From: Octopus bimaculoides
Taxonomy: Eukaryota
Length of the DNA: 56,660 nt
NCBI RefSeq assembly: GCF_001194135.2
Contig: NC_068984.1
Coordinates: 67,602,577 to 67,659,236 of the forward strand
Reading direction: 5' to 3'
Translations under genes and position numbers: made by a program
Notes under the pieces: generated by a model
What the model was told of the DNA's origin: nothing
What the model saw: the letters and a program-made list of their open reading frames with translations, nothing else
The model's database searches: none
Part shown: positions 1 to 13,990 of the stretch, one piece after another
Layout of the letters: each line of letters opens with the position of its first letter
Position numbering within the stretch: position 1 is the stretch's first letter

Positions 1-149
1 TTTTGGTTATGAGAGATCCCGATGTTTGTAAATATGTGGCTCAGTCTGTGTATTTGTTGAACTTCTGATGCATACACCTAACTAGCAAAAGACATTGACA
101 CAAGAATCTCAGATGGTGAATTTTTGGAATGCCTTGCAAACTTACAAAT

Positions 150-960
150 AGACACAGACACATAAACATACAGACAGACAGACACACACACAAACACAGA
201 CATATATATATATACATATACACACACACACACACATATATATANNNNNNNNNNGTGTATATGTATATATATATACATAAACCCCTACAACATATATATG
301 TATAAGTATATATATGTATACTTGCATGTATATATATGCAAATATTCATACATGTATGCATATATATCGGAAAGAAGATAATTCTAATCGCATAGATTTA
401 GATAAATCGAATTATAAAGTGAATGCGGTATGAAAAAATTTAGTATAATACTTGAAGTTTTCCGCTAATTATCTCTAACTTTAAGGGAAGTTTCAAATAA
501 TTGAAAATTTGTTGCGTACCAGACGCAATAACTGACCACTTACTTAATACATGATCGTGCGTGCGCACACACAGACGCTCACATCTACACACATCTCTAT
601 ACAAGTATATATATATGGGTGTGTGTATGCACATACACAAACACATACATGTAATATTTATGCTTATAATAGTATGAATTATCCATTTATCAATATTCAT
701 AGAATTACACACAAACACACACATGCTTGTACATGCATGTGTTTGATTATATATTGATAAACGTATGCATATGTGCTCTTGTGTATATTCATGTATGTCT
801 ATCTATGAGTATGTGTGTGTGTACAAAGCTTCAAATAGGATACATTACGCTATTTGATCTTTTTCAGTACATATCTTCATGTTTTTAATACTTTATTTTA
901 AAAATGCTAACCGCACATATTCATATTCTAATATATATTCTTATATATATATATATATAT
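150..960. repeat. Mixed (CA)n/(TA)n/(TACA)n low-complexity region
   Basis: Dinucleotide and tetranucleotide runs seen directly; includes the 10-N gap at 245-254 and abuts gap 961-1600. Confidence 0.9.
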
Positions 961-1600
961 NNNNNNNNNNNNNNNNNNNNNNNNNNNNNNNNNNNNNNNN
1001 NNNNNNNNNNNNNNNNNNNNNNNNNNNNNNNNNNNNNNNNNNNNNNNNNNNNNNNNNNNNNNNNNNNNNNNNNNNNNNNNNNNNNNNNNNNNNNNNNNNN
1101 NNNNNNNNNNNNNNNNNNNNNNNNNNNNNNNNNNNNNNNNNNNNNNNNNNNNNNNNNNNNNNNNNNNNNNNNNNNNNNNNNNNNNNNNNNNNNNNNNNNN
1201 NNNNNNNNNNNNNNNNNNNNNNNNNNNNNNNNNNNNNNNNNNNNNNNNNNNNNNNNNNNNNNNNNNNNNNNNNNNNNNNNNNNNNNNNNNNNNNNNNNNN
1301 NNNNNNNNNNNNNNNNNNNNNNNNNNNNNNNNNNNNNNNNNNNNNNNNNNNNNNNNNNNNNNNNNNNNNNNNNNNNNNNNNNNNNNNNNNNNNNNNNNNN
1401 NNNNNNNNNNNNNNNNNNNNNNNNNNNNNNNNNNNNNNNNNNNNNNNNNNNNNNNNNNNNNNNNNNNNNNNNNNNNNNNNNNNNNNNNNNNNNNNNNNNN
1501 NNNNNNNNNNNNNNNNNNNNNNNNNNNNNNNNNNNNNNNNNNNNNNNNNNNNNNNNNNNNNNNNNNNNNNNNNNNNNNNNNNNNNNNNNNNNNNNNNNNN

Positions 1601-1787
1601 TATATATATATATATATATATATATATGAGTGTGTGTGTGGATATGTGTGTAGTCAGGCTCATGTTAATTGATTATAAATCTTGAATCTTTGACTTCTAG
1701 CTCTGAGTTCTTCATTATAACTTGCTCCCTGTGTACATATGTACACATAACATACATAGATACATACAACACACACACACACACACC

Positions 1788-1833
<46 letters not shown>

Positions 1834-2000
1834 TGTGAGTGCGTGTGTGTGTGTAATATGATATAGTTTATAATAGAGTATATATATATACACACAAACT
1901 GACAAACACGCACATATATAGATATGTATATAAAGTACATATACACATGCACATGGATACATATATATATATCCATATATATAAATTGAATATGTTTGAA
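1601..2000. repeat. (TA)n/(CA)n/(TG)n microsatellite cluster
   Basis: Seen directly. Confidence 0.9.
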
Positions 2001-2327
2001 TATAAATGTATACACGCCAATGAATTACAGGCAGTTCCGTAGTTTCTCCACACACAAAATATGACGCATGATGTGTAATTTTGTCGAGAGTCGTCTCGCA
2101 GACAATTATTTCTTCCTATGTGGCAGTTCTGCATAGTTGAAACCATGGACGACCGCCGTCCGAGTTTAATATATATGTACACACATACATATATGTTTAG
2201 GGTATTTTATGTTACAAAACTCTTCATGCGCATTTAAGAACTATTCTGTCGTTCCATTATCACATTATGATAACTCAAGCTATCTCCAGATATGGGTATA
2301 CGTGCGGAATTACTTTAGCTTACTTTT

Positions 2328-2478
2328 CTATTATTATCATTATTATTATTATTATTATTAATATCTTCATCATCATCATGTATCTATCTAGACATACATA
2401 CATACATACATACATACACACATATATACATATATATTGCATATATATACATACATATATATATATATACATACATAT

Positions 2479-2517
<39 letters not shown>

Positions 2518-2533
2518 TATATATATATATATA
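2328..2533. repeat. (ATT/ATC)n followed by (TACA)n/(TA)n
   Basis: Seen directly. Confidence 0.95.
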
Positions 2534-3261
2534 GGGTGTGCATGTAGGTATATGTACCTGCGTCTCCTTGTGTGGTTGTCAAATTGTGTACATTGAGGAA
2601 TAGTTACATTTCTTATAAATAAAAATATTTTTATGCGTTTCTATAGACATACTTACGACGTATATATGTATATTCACGTGCGTATACACCTTAAGTAACA
2701 ACATTTCTTCTTGAAATAACCCGATTAAATAATGTAAAATAAATGAAATATTAATGACATTAAAATTTCATAACTGTTTAATTATTTGAGAAGATTTCTT
2801 GTAATTGAATATTCTACTTCAAGGAATTTGAAGTACTTTCGTAACGATGTTAGCATTATATTTTCCTAAATATTTTCTATTCTTGATAATATGTATAATT
2901 AATTGCAAATAAATCATGTCCTCCTGCTTTATCGACTTAAATTAATTTCTCGTTGCTCCTTAACTAAAAAGTTTCTCATTAGTTTCATTAATTTTTAAGG
3001 CAATGAACTAAAGAATTTGCAAGCGATGGACAAAACGCATTATAAGATTTAAATGAGTTGCTTTGCATTGCGTTTAGATTTAACAGAAATAGAATATCCT
3101 TTCTATCGTTCACTTATTCATAGCAAATACTAGTTATGTGTTAGGGATAGATTTAATCTACAGCTGCCTCTCAGAAAATATTATTTGACAAAGATAAAAA
3201 CCCTTATCCTCCTCCTCCTCATTCCATCATCATCATCATCATCATCATAATCGTCAGTATG

Positions 3262-3815
3262 TATTAGAAAATATATATTAGCGACAGAAGCAGCAATAAT
3301 ACCGCATGGTAATATTTATTCCCACTTAAACGTGGATGTTCTGTTTGAGCAACATTTACTGCGATAAATATGTTGAAGAGAACTCTCATATAGGCTCTTT
3401 TTTGCAAAATGCAAGGTTGGTTATATCGCTACCGAGGAGATAACACCCCCCCCCCCACTAACTCCAACGCCGAGACCGACAGATAATGTAATTTCGAACT
3501 TCCTTGGTTTGATCGGTGATGAACGCTCGACCGCTAAAGATAACAGCAACACATCCCCCACCACCACTAGCGATATATAAAGAATCAGTGCTTAAACAGG
3601 CACTGGTGTCGCGATTAGCCAATGAGCCTGTTAAAAAATTATATATTAGAGACAGAAGCAGTATTAACACTGAGCAATAATATTTATCCCTACTTAAACG
3701 TGGATGTTCTGTTAGAACAAACCTTACTTCAGCGGATATAATGAGAGAAACTTTCATATAAGCGTTTGGTACAAAAGTATGCTTGTTTATATCGTTAGCG
3801 GGGAGATATTGCTAA
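3262..3815 (+). repeat. Diverged local tandem duplication, about 190-bp units offset by 368 bp
   Basis: Identical 22-mer ACTTAAACGTGGATGTTCTGTT at 3324-3345 and 3692-3713, with colinear similarity on both sides (atatattag-gacagaagcag, aatatttat-ccc, ttatatcg). Confidence 0.85.
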
Positions 3816-3877
3816 AAAACAGACCTAACTTTTATCGAACTAGAACAAGATAAGTCATGGTAAGCAACTTGTATTTC

Positions 3878-3961
3878 ACTGTTCTGTATTTAAGAGATGA
3901 GGAATTATGTAAATTATTTACATTCGACATTTCGGCTGATTTACCCTCCAGCCTTCATCAT
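3878..3961 (-). mobile_element. Truncated, internally deleted copy of the hammerhead-bearing short repeat (same family as 4216-4378)
   Basis: Reverse complement reads ATGATGA-A-GGCTG-GAGGGTAAAT-CAGCC-GAAA-TGTC-GAATGTAAATAAT, matching the plus copy at 4272-4360 apart from a deletion. Confidence 0.8.
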
Positions 3962-3981
3962 ATGCCCACGGGCATATGATG

Positions 3982-4047
3982 TAATGGGTAAGAGGGTTCG
4001 CTACTAGCCCAAAGATTCCGAGTTTGATTCCAAGCAGTGACCTGAAC
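3982..4047 (+). mobile_element. tRNA-like SINE head with (AAT)n tail
   Basis: B-box-like GAGTTTGATTCC preceded by a tRNA-like 5' segment (GGTAAGAGGGTTCGCT) and followed directly by (AAT)n. Confidence 0.5.
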
Positions 4048-4210
<163 letters not shown>

Positions 4211-4215
4211 CAACA

Positions 4216-4378
4216 TCATCGAAAAAAAACCTTAGGAATGAGAACCCAGGTTCGAAATTTCCCCAAGACTCCTGATGAAGGATGGTGGGGTATATCAGCC
4301 GAAATGTTGTGTTGACAACAAACAAGATGAGGAGAAATATCCGTCGAATGTAAATAATGTAAATAATTGTATTTCTCT
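4216..4378 (+). mobile_element. Short Penelope-like/retrozyme-type repeat carrying a hammerhead motif
   Basis: Shares sequence with the inverted copy at 3878-3961 and contains the motif at 4267-4313. Confidence 0.65.
4267..4313 (+). ncRNA. Minimal type I hammerhead ribozyme motif (decayed stems)
   Basis: GACTC-CTGATGA-A-GGATG...CAGCC-GAAA-TG-TT-GTGTT. Core CUGAUGA and GAAA are intact, with one mismatch each in stem I and stem II. The sister copy has the perfect GGCTG/CAGCC stem II. Confidence 0.7.
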
Positions 4379-5439
4379 TTCAAAAATTTGCCTTTTCTTT
4401 ATTCGATCAGGAAACTATATACCAGGAAGAAGTTTCATGAGTTTAGCGGCATCGTTCCAGGATAGTGGAATTAATGTAGAATTTATTTTACCATCACATA
4501 CCCTTGGAACCTTTTGCAGACTCGGTCCTGTTGCAAGCATTTGAAAGTCAACCAAAGTTTGAGAATAAGAGCTGAGTTGTGGTTTACTCCTATAAGTCCT
4601 GGAGAGTCACGAAGACTTTCACGTGTGCTGTTCACACTCCTGTCACTAAATCGTCAATTCTCAAATTATAATGGTAAAAATGTGCTAAAAATATTTATGG
4701 CTCTCATTTCTACCTATTATCATAGAACATTAAGAATTTCATTTTCAATAATTTTGATTCACGACACAATCATTTTAATGGAATTCATTACTGAAATAAT
4801 ATAAACAATGCCTAATAGTCTGATAAATTTTATTCAATTCATTGACAAATAACACTCTAGGTAAGACGTGGTGTCAGTCCAACTAAAATTGTTGTATTAT
4901 GAAATAATTAATGAAGATTGAGAATTTGCGGAAACATCTTAAGAAAAAGAAATCTGTAGCAGTTTGCTCGAAGCGTTGTGGAGTATATACGAGCTCGACA
5001 TGAGAATGATGAATGAACATTAAATATAAAAAGTAAAAACAACGAAGGTTTTGAAATATTACAACAGAAATATTTAATTAGTCCTGGTATTTGTGAAATA
5101 ACATTTCAAAGACTTTCTTATTGTCTCTTTTAATTATGTTTATCGTTCTATCTCCACTGCGATGGTTTTTTGTATCAAACTAATCTTCTCACAAGAAAGC
5201 ATTTGGTAGAAGAAAAAAAAGACATTCAAATCAATATTAACGAAAAATAAATATATCTTCCGTTAGTATTGTGAACGTAAATGAAGTCACCATTATGCTT
5301 TCATTATATATTTACTTTAGTCGGAGTAGTGTCTTCATCTTCATTGTTGCTTTCACTGTGTTGCAGCTGTTGTATGGTCCAGCCACTCTCGGTTGTCTTG
5401 TGTCTTCTAGATAGTTTTCACTTTAAATAAGGTTTTGGG

Positions 5440-5495
5440 AATTCAACTTAGTGCCTTCACCGGGATCGAACCCTCAACTTCTAGGTCACTTCACT
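5440..5495 (-). mobile_element. Degenerate tRNA-like SINE head
   Basis: Reverse complement contains the B-box GGTTCGATCCC. Confidence 0.35.
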
Positions 5496-5579
5496 GTATT
5501 AACTGACATCCGTATCCAGATTTCTACTTCTTATTCTTGTTTGTCTCATAACACAGTGGCCATGCTAGTGTACAGACTT

Positions 5580-5752
5580 GAAAGGCCAGCATTGTCGCAT
5601 TTTGTGTCAAGATGAATATTCTTGAGAACTACTTTAAGTGTGCGTGTGTCTGTAGAATGCTCAGCCACTTGCAATTTAATTCCACGAGCAAGCTGTTCTT
5701 GTTGACCGGATCAACTGGAACCCTCGTCGTAGTAACCGATGAAGTAGCAGTA
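5580..5752 (+). mobile_element. SINE 3' fragment (octopus-type interspersed repeat)
   Basis: Higher GC segment ending GGATCAACTGGAACCCTCGTCGTAGTAACCGA, recognised from memory as a common octopus SINE body; not verified against a database. Confidence 0.5.
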
Positions 5753-5760
5753 TAATATAC

Positions 5761-5900
5761 GACGGGCTTCTTTCGGTTTCCGTCTACCATATCCACTCAA
5801 AAGGCTTTGATCTGCCTAAAGGTAGACTACCTGTCACGCAGTGGGAATGAACCCGGACCCTATGGTTGCAAAGCAGGCTTCTTACCACATTGCACACCTG
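5761..5900 (-). mobile_element. tRNA-derived SINE, internally deleted
   Basis: Reverse complement has a tRNA-like head (GTGGTAAGAAGCCTGCTTTGCAACCATAGGGTCCGGGTTCATTCCCACTGCGTG) with a B-box-like GGTTCATTCCC. Confidence 0.65.
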
Positions 5901-8900
5901 AGTATGTTGCATTATTTCTGGAAATAACTCAAGGAATAAGAAGATATTCATTCTTGAGAAGTCATTATCAGCTTCATCTGTCATGCAATTCAAACGGACC
6001 TTCTTCATAGTCTCCTTAACAGCAATAAATAACAGCTACATTTGCCCCAAATGATATCCAAATAATTTTGAAAAGGATGATCATATTGCTATTAAGCTAA
6101 ACAACAACTGTCACATTGACTACATATCTGCAATTATCTTATATTTCAATAGAATACTAAAGTAATAACATTCAAATTCAGAAAAAATATATACAAACAG
6201 TCTAATTGCATTAGATGACATGTTAGAAATGAATTTCTATCGACTGAAAATAATTGCAAGTATTGTCACTTTCAGAGACAGAACAATATTTCAACTAAGA
6301 TGTTATTCTTCACAGATAAGAAAGCATCATTTGAAGATAAACTGTCACGTTGTGTTGCATGGAAAATTATTTATCCCGGTATCACGTAGTGGAGCGAATA
6401 ATCTACTACGAAGTCAAATGCACTTGTCCTAAAAATATATTCAAATATTGTTGCGTACCCTTGCTCAAACATGAAATCAAAATTCAATTTAAAAACGCCG
6501 AAATTTCATGAATTAATTTCAAGATACATTTTTTTAAATGAGAAAGACCTTTATCTCAACGTCACCGGTAGAAGATTGAATAACTTCAGTCAGTGTATCA
6601 GATTCTACGCAGATGTTTTGGTTTTCTGTAGATGTCTTGTAAGAAGTCCATAGAGATAGAATAATAATTTGTAAGCGCATAGAGATTGAATTATAAATTG
6701 TAAGCGCATATTATAGCTATGAAAGAAATGGGTAATGATAAGAATGAGAAAATCTTGAAAGCTCATATGAAAATATATTGTAACATCTTACCATCAGAGA
6801 ATCAGAAAGCGAAAAACTTTGAATTATAAAATCCTGGCTTATTTGTACGGCCTTAAGATAAATCATAAAACCCATAACAACCATATTGCGAAATACTTAT
6901 TTGTCTTTTCCGTGGTGCCAACAATGCTAGCAGTAACAGAATGTCGTAATTGCAATGACAAATCATACACCTAATAATAGAAATATTAGTAAATGTATAC
7001 CTTAGTCCCTAAGACTTCCTCAGCCGGACTGATTGTTATAATCGTAAATAAGACCTCATGATTTACCTTACAGGCAATATTGACGCCATATCACTACATC
7101 CATATGTTGATGTATATTTTGCCGTTGAGTAGTGTGTGAGGGGGAACATTTATTCTGTTATTTCGATGTTGTGATATTGAATCGTTCATATTTTACTTAA
7201 AGCCATTAGCTCATAAACTGAAGAGAAATAAGTTGAAAGAACAGTTATACGCAGTTAACTCTCTAGACACCAAATTGCTTATTTCTAATATTATACAATT
7301 GCATATGTTTAATGTTATGCAATTTTATGAAATACAGAAATACTATTTAAGGTGTTTTGACTGTAGCTCTTTTAGGACCAGCGATATTTTTCCTGTGAAT
7401 TTATATGAATAAAATCACGATGTATCATAAATTTGAAGGTGATATTGTTATTCTTTCAGCTAAGGAGATTGAGAGCTAGAGGCATGCTGGGCTTTCCTTT
7501 ATTTAGTGTATGTCATTTGTACCCATAGTTCAAATCTAATGGGGAACATATTTTCATAGGGTTTACTAATTAAGAGTCAAGCTGCCAAGGACTATTTTTC
7601 GATTTTGTGATACAGTATTGTATCTTATATATCTTTCAATAAAAAAAGAATAAACTATGATGTAATTTGAGAAGCATCAATTTCGATAGTTTGATATGAA
7701 AACCAGATAAGACTAGTGCAATAAACTGAGAAACTCATAGTGACATAGCATTACAGTTGTGCTGTTTATTGCCAAGCTACTTTACTCAAAATGTCTCCAG
7801 ATCATCCAGTAGTAAATAATCTATGGTAGATTTTGAACAACAATCATTGAGTTTTAATTCTTTCAAGGGGAACATTTGTCTGATCCTTGTAAGAAGTAAC
7901 ATCGGTTTCTCTAAATAATCTAGTTGACAATTAAAAATTCATTGATGCTCCTTTCAATGGTTTACATGCTCATAATCATCGATAAAGCTACAAAAATATC
8001 ATTTCATAGATAATTACGAGCCTGTAACCCATTCATAAAGCGCAGTTTTATAGGAATGGATTCGATTTCAATAAAGTTATGTACTTCATATACGCAGTAA
8101 ATTTTAATGCATTTTAAACTCATGCTCGTATAAATAGGAATTTGGCTTTTTTTTCTTTTGTCTCTTTTTAGATATCTATCTTTGTATTTCATTTTTTATA
8201 TATCTTTCTAAACATCATAATCTTGTTACGTGAAATTATCGAGCTTTAGAAATGTTATAATATGGAAGGAACAATGATAATTTTCTTCTTTAATACCGCA
8301 TTTCAAACGTTTATATTGTATAAAATATTTTCGTAGCTCTACTGCATTCCCACATCATTTTATCACATTGCAGAGAATAGTGATTGAAAGTTAAGCACCA
8401 TCAGATTACAGACGTATTTCCAAAAGTATTCGCATCATGACGATCGAATTTGTACTTTTCCGTCAGTAAGTCAAATTCTTATTTTAAGGAAATAAGTTGA
8501 TCTGTGAATCTTTTGCTGCTATTCCTTGCCCTCCGAATGACAAAATCTAGACACTCTTTGATATCCTCGTATGATTAAGACGTTAAAGAAATCCGGCTTG
8601 TAGTCGATCAAAATAACAATTTGGAAAGAATTTGTAGTGTGCATAAATTTACACATTCGCTTTTACTGATAATCCAGTACTTGAAAACGTTTAATGACAC
8701 GGTGAAGATTTAAATAACATATTAACTATGAAAAATTGAGCTGTGTAAGAAATATACCATTTTCTCAGTTTTCAGTTTACTAGAAATGAAACAGAGGCTA
8801 CTTCCGACACACTCCTCAGACAGGATAATTGAATTTTAAATTTGTTACAACTTTTTGCACTCAACACTTTGGACACCCGTATATTCTTGATACCGTAACG

Positions 8901-9340
8901 TGAAAAACCAAAGTCAGCTTCGTTTACACATAATCTCAAAACAGGAACGATATGCATTGTCAAATCCTTGCCTTCTTAATGTTAATATATATCAGTTAAA
9001 GTAAAGGAGGCAAGAATTGTAAGAATCGTCAAGCATAAATAATATAAGGCTGTTTTATAGCCATTGCCTACACACACTTGCAGATATATGTATTACACAT
9101 TATATATGTATGTCTGTGTATGTATGTATAGACACACGCGCCCACAGACATATTTGTTTGTATATGAATATGTATATGCAAGGTACATTTAAATGTACAA
9201 TATATAGATACCCGGTTTTGAAGCTGATTTATAAATAAGAAATATACTTAGACAAAAGTAGGTACGTAAAATAATACAATATTTCTTGAGTGCCACTGTC
9301 TATTTATATATGTAACGTGTTGCGAAATTACTCTGGTGTT

Positions 9341-9378
9341 GAGAGAGAGAGAGAGAGGTGGGAGAGAGAGGAGAGAAA
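9341..9378. repeat. (GA)n tract
   Basis: Seen directly. Confidence 0.9.
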
Positions 9379-9927
9379 AAATGACGATTATTTGAAGCAG
9401 AATATTCCAGCTGCCATTCGTCCATTTGATTTTACAGTCAGATCAGGAATCCTGATCAATGTCACATCCGGCAGTATAATTTCATAACGCAACATAACTG
9501 TTATGTACGCATTAGTTTTTATACTGTAATTTTGATACATTTCATTGTATCAAATCCGTCGAATATTTATTAAATAACTTGTTTCCTTGCTTTGGCATTT
9601 TCTGTTTTCAACTATTATCCACAACGAAATTCGATTATTATCTTATACTGAGGCACTGAAATATTTTAATGAACAGTAATCATATTCGATGGCCACTTTC
9701 ACCTAAATTTATACAAAGCATTCGTATCGGATTTGTTATCGTAATAGCTAGAATTAAGTCACACAGCAAGCTCAGTAAGTTACTACTGTGTGGAAAATCT
9801 CATAAAAACCATAATTAGCTTATTAACAGCAGCAATAACCAATCTAAAGTTTATTGCTCTAAATGAAATATGCAAGAAATATTTTCTTTCTTTCCACTTC
9901 TTCAAGTTGCTGTGGCGATATATTCGA

Positions 9928-9995
9928 GCACACACGCATGCACACATACACAAACACACACACACAAACACACATACACATACACACACACATAA
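9928..9995. repeat. (CA)n-like tract
   Basis: Seen directly. Confidence 0.9.
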
Positions 9996-10774
9996 ATGTA
10001 CATAATAATGACAAAAATATTATATGAATGTATGTATAAGCATATATAGCAATTTGTCTTGTGAAACTTTATTAAGTGCCATTAGGAATACATCACAATT
10101 CGTAAACTAACCGCAGTTACGTCATACGCCTCTTTGAATGAAACAAATGAAGACACTTCGACAAGACAGATATTATGACTTCACACGAATGAAAAAGTTT
10201 ATCGGCATATTTATCACATCTAAAATAGGAACAGTACTTTATATTATTAGGTGTTTAGGCCATTTTCCAGGGCAATATTTAAACGTATTGATTATTACAA
10301 CTGGGGAGATACAAAGTAATGTTAATTCTCACAATTTCTAAGTTCCTAATTCAGAATAGAAATAGATTAAATACGATTAAAACTATAATAAAATATTGAA
10401 TATCTTTCCAGATCACAAAACAGGTTTGTTTTGTAAGAGAAGAGAAAAGGTATGATACTCGTAAAGTACATGAAGAGAATTGTCTACAACTAAGAACTGA
10501 TATTGCATTCATCAAATATGTAAATATTCCTACAATTTAAAACAACGTTTCATGAAAGTGAATTATAATTACATGCTAGAAATTGCTTTCTTCCTTCTAG
10601 GGTGAATGAAATAAGTAACGATCAAATACTTGTGATGATTAAATCAATTTTTTCCTCTTAAATATAGTGGGCTTCTGCTTATGTTTGAAATACAGAATTA
10701 TATGATAGATAAGCAAGAGTAATAAATATAAATTAGTAAATACATCAGTAGTTAACTAGCTGTCAGACAAATTA

Positions 10775-10935
10775 GGTGGTGAGATGGCAGAATCATTACA
10801 ACGTCAGCTTAGTGGTAATCCGTCTGTCTATGTTCTGAATTGAAATTCTTCCGAGGTTCCTTTTTGCCTTTACACCTACCAGGGGCGTTAAAATATGTAT
10901 CTCTCAGGCTCAAGAGCCATGTCGAGATGCTACGT
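10775..10935 (+). mobile_element. Degenerate copy of the major tRNA-derived SINE family
   Basis: GGTGGTGAGATGGCAGAATC...TTCTGAATTGAAATTCTTCCGAGGT...TTTGCCTTT aligns by eye to the 21798 copy. Confidence 0.65.
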
Positions 10936-11315
10936 AAACAGGTAAAAGTTATATTTCTTTCTTAAAAGGGACAGGAAAAGAACTCACTTCCTTTTAGGTG
11001 AGTACTACAGGACACATTGTTGCATCAATTTTTTCTCAACACACGTATTTACACCACTACCGATTGCTATTCGCAGATTATGCAACATGTAACATGCTGT
11101 TATGGCTTGAATAAATGTAAGCCCACAGAAATGTAAACAGAATATAAACACACATTACTACTGTCGAATAGAATTTCATTCTGTTTCCCCAGCTAATACT
11201 TCGATCCACCCACTCATTTATGTAACAACTCATTCACGCGTAAAATATATACACATTGTTATCTATACATATTTAAATGTATGAGAGTAAGCATGGCTGT
11301 GTGCGAAGGTGTGTT

Positions 11316-11316
<1 letters not shown>

Positions 11317-11370
<54 letters not shown>

Positions 11371-11567
11371 NNNNNNNNNNNNNNNNNNNNNNNNNNNNNN
11401 NNNNNNNNNNNNNNNNNNNNNNNNNNNNNNNNNNNNNNNNNNNNNNNNNNNNNNNNNNNNNNNNNNNNNNNNNNNNNNNNNNNNNNNNNNNNNNNNNNNN
11501 NNNNNNNNNNNNNNNNNNNNNNNNNNNNNNNNNNNNNNNNNNNNNNNNNNNNNNNNNNNNTATGTTC

Positions 11568-11621
<54 letters not shown>

Positions 11622-11640
11622 ATGTGCGTATGTATGTACC
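11317..11640. repeat. (ATCT)n, assembly gap, then (TA)n/(TG)n
   Basis: Seen directly. Confidence 0.95.
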
Positions 11641-12122
11641 TGTTGATATAATTTCATTATGCTATATGGTTTTCAAGAAAGAAGCAATCTCTTTTCTTAT
11701 TTTTTATTTTTACAGAATGGAGACAGCAGTTTACAAAACTAATCGATCGTATAAAAGATTTACTTTTTCATTCATTATTTTATTTCTATGAAGGCAATTT
11801 GTTTAATAGTGTCGTTTTAAATCATAATAAAGTCTACTACACCTAACGGTCAATAATAAGGCGAACAATTGTCGGTGGGACGAGTATGTCTACACATTCT
11901 GAATTGTAAAGCAATGTTGTAAAGAAAAAGTATGGTTTATGATTAGAATATGGCGGATGAGTAAAAGAAAGAATCGTTGTAATTCCAAACAAAAGACCGG
12001 CTACTTTGGAATTACTTGTGCAATAATAAAAGAATAAATCATCAAAAATGCGTCACTGTGAATCGATATTTGTAATAAAATTTACGCGATTGGATAGCAT
12101 GTTTTAAGAAAATACAACTCAC

Positions 12123-12243
12123 CAATGACAGTAGAATAGAAATATTACAAAGCTCTCATAGAATGTGTTTAAGAAGTTGTATCCCGTAGCAACAAGAACA
12201 TTTGCTCTCGAATACTTTTCAGGATGATTTACAAAGACCATGT
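12123..12243 (-). CDS. Candidate internal exon (phase 1 to phase 2): xMVFVNHPEKYSRANVLVATGYNFLNTFYESFVIFLFYCH; product unknown
   Basis: TTTAG acceptor, GTGAGT donor, only one open frame, and phase-compatible with 14705-14815. No confident homology; chance occurrence is not excluded. Confidence 0.25.
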
Positions 12244-13776
12244 CTAAATATTGATTCGTATTGATTATTTAGGTTGACTTGGAATTATCTCGAGATTTGA
12301 AGGAATAGGTTTTAATTGAGATATAAAAGGGTCATTTGTGAAATTGAGTAAGGTTTACATTATAATTTCTAAAGGAAATAAGAAACACTTGACATTTAAT
12401 ATTAATTGCTGTAGCGTAATTTTTGTCATCACTGCAAACCCAACATTTGGCCTCTAATAATTAAGAAATGAATTAAGTGATTTAATCATGAAACTCTTTC
12501 TTTTTACTTGACACTATACTGAAAATAGCAATGTACATTACATCTAGTAATTTATCATATGCACCAAAAAGCAATTCGTTTAATTGGCAATTACTATTAA
12601 CACAACTTCCTCAATTATCAACAGATTTAAAGCTGACGCACCAGACCAGTTTTGATAGACTGAACAGCAGTCGGATGCTGTAATATGCTTCAGAAATAAA
12701 ATGTGTTTTTTTTTTCTTCGAAAATTCAAGAAAACAATAAATCACATAAATGTCTCCTATTTTGACTCTGTCGTTTAAAATAAAGGTCAAATTTCAGTTT
12801 TATCCTATTCGGATTTAAAATAAGAATATAAATCGACAAGTGTTTGATAATTTGTATTAATAGAAAAGAAAATCAATGATTAGAGTTATTTCCAATAGAA
12901 TCCATAAGCAGTAAATATATGATAAAACACTAAAATAATTATATTTTCCACATCTATGAAGAAAATTTAACTACAAAACAAAATTAAATCGCAGTGGATT
13001 TTATATAATTCATTGACTGCACATTAGTCATTGGCTGAAAATATAATTATAGAATGAAATCCTAATTTGAATATTATGCAATCGCAGATGTGAAAGAATT
13101 GTGTGCAAATAGGAATGTTTCCTAAAGGTAGACGGGGACTTTAAAAGTAATGGTAGATTTGATTAAATCTCACATTGGAAATACATGCTACGAATTTTAT
13201 AGACAACCAGGATGGTGACACATAAACATGGTTATGAAAAGGTAGTTAAACAAAATATATGATATCCATATTTTACTATATCTTGCATTGCATATTAATT
13301 TCCATATCATTAAGTAAGATGACATATATGTATGCATACATGCATACACACATTTACACATACAGATACACACATTTTCTTTAAACCTTCAGTCTTGAAC
13401 ATCATCTAGCACATAAACGAAGATGAATGTGCCATAACCACTTATCAATAGGAACTGTATAACAAAAACTCTGTCTCTAATATGGGTTGGTTGTTTCACC
13501 TAATTTAGAAATTTTATTTTAGCAGAATCCACTTTAGAACTGTGAAACCGATAAACCATATCTTCCATAATGTGATAATCTGGTAGACTAGTAATTTCAT
13601 AAAAGTTCAGCTTATCTTTAGAATTCGAACATAGTCTTCCTGATCGATTAGTTTTCTATCAGATCTCTAATAACATTCCACAGAGCAAGATAAATCATAT
13701 ATTTCGTGCATTCTGGTTTTAAATTAGTAAATACATCTGTTGTTAAGCATCTGTCAATAATTACAAAAAAATATAA

Positions 13777-13990
13777 GGTGGCGAGCTAGCAGAATTGTTA
13801 AGCTCGCCGGACGAAATGCTTAGCGGTGCTTCGTCCATCTGCACCTTGTGAGTTCGAATTTCACCGAAGTTGGCTTTGCCTTTCATACATTCATGTACTA
13901 ATACTAGTTAAGTACTAGGCTAGATGTAATCAACTTACCCAACTTGCCTCGAAATTCCTGGCCTTCTGCCGAAATTTGAAATCGATATTA
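13777..13990 (+). mobile_element. Major tRNA-derived SINE copy
   Basis: GGTGGCGAGCTAGCAGAATTGTTA...GAAATGCTTAGCGG...GAGTTCGAATT...TTTGCCTTTCAT; A-box-like and B-box-like motifs present. Confidence 0.85.

Noticed and set aside
2040-2165. CpG-rich segment vaguely like a hAT/Charlie MITE end
   Set aside because: No recognisable partner TIR or 8-bp TSD; too degenerate to call.
4410-4680. Coding-looking segment with open frames on both strands and possible splice sites
   Set aside because: Several mutually exclusive frames, no recognisable motif and a length expected by chance.
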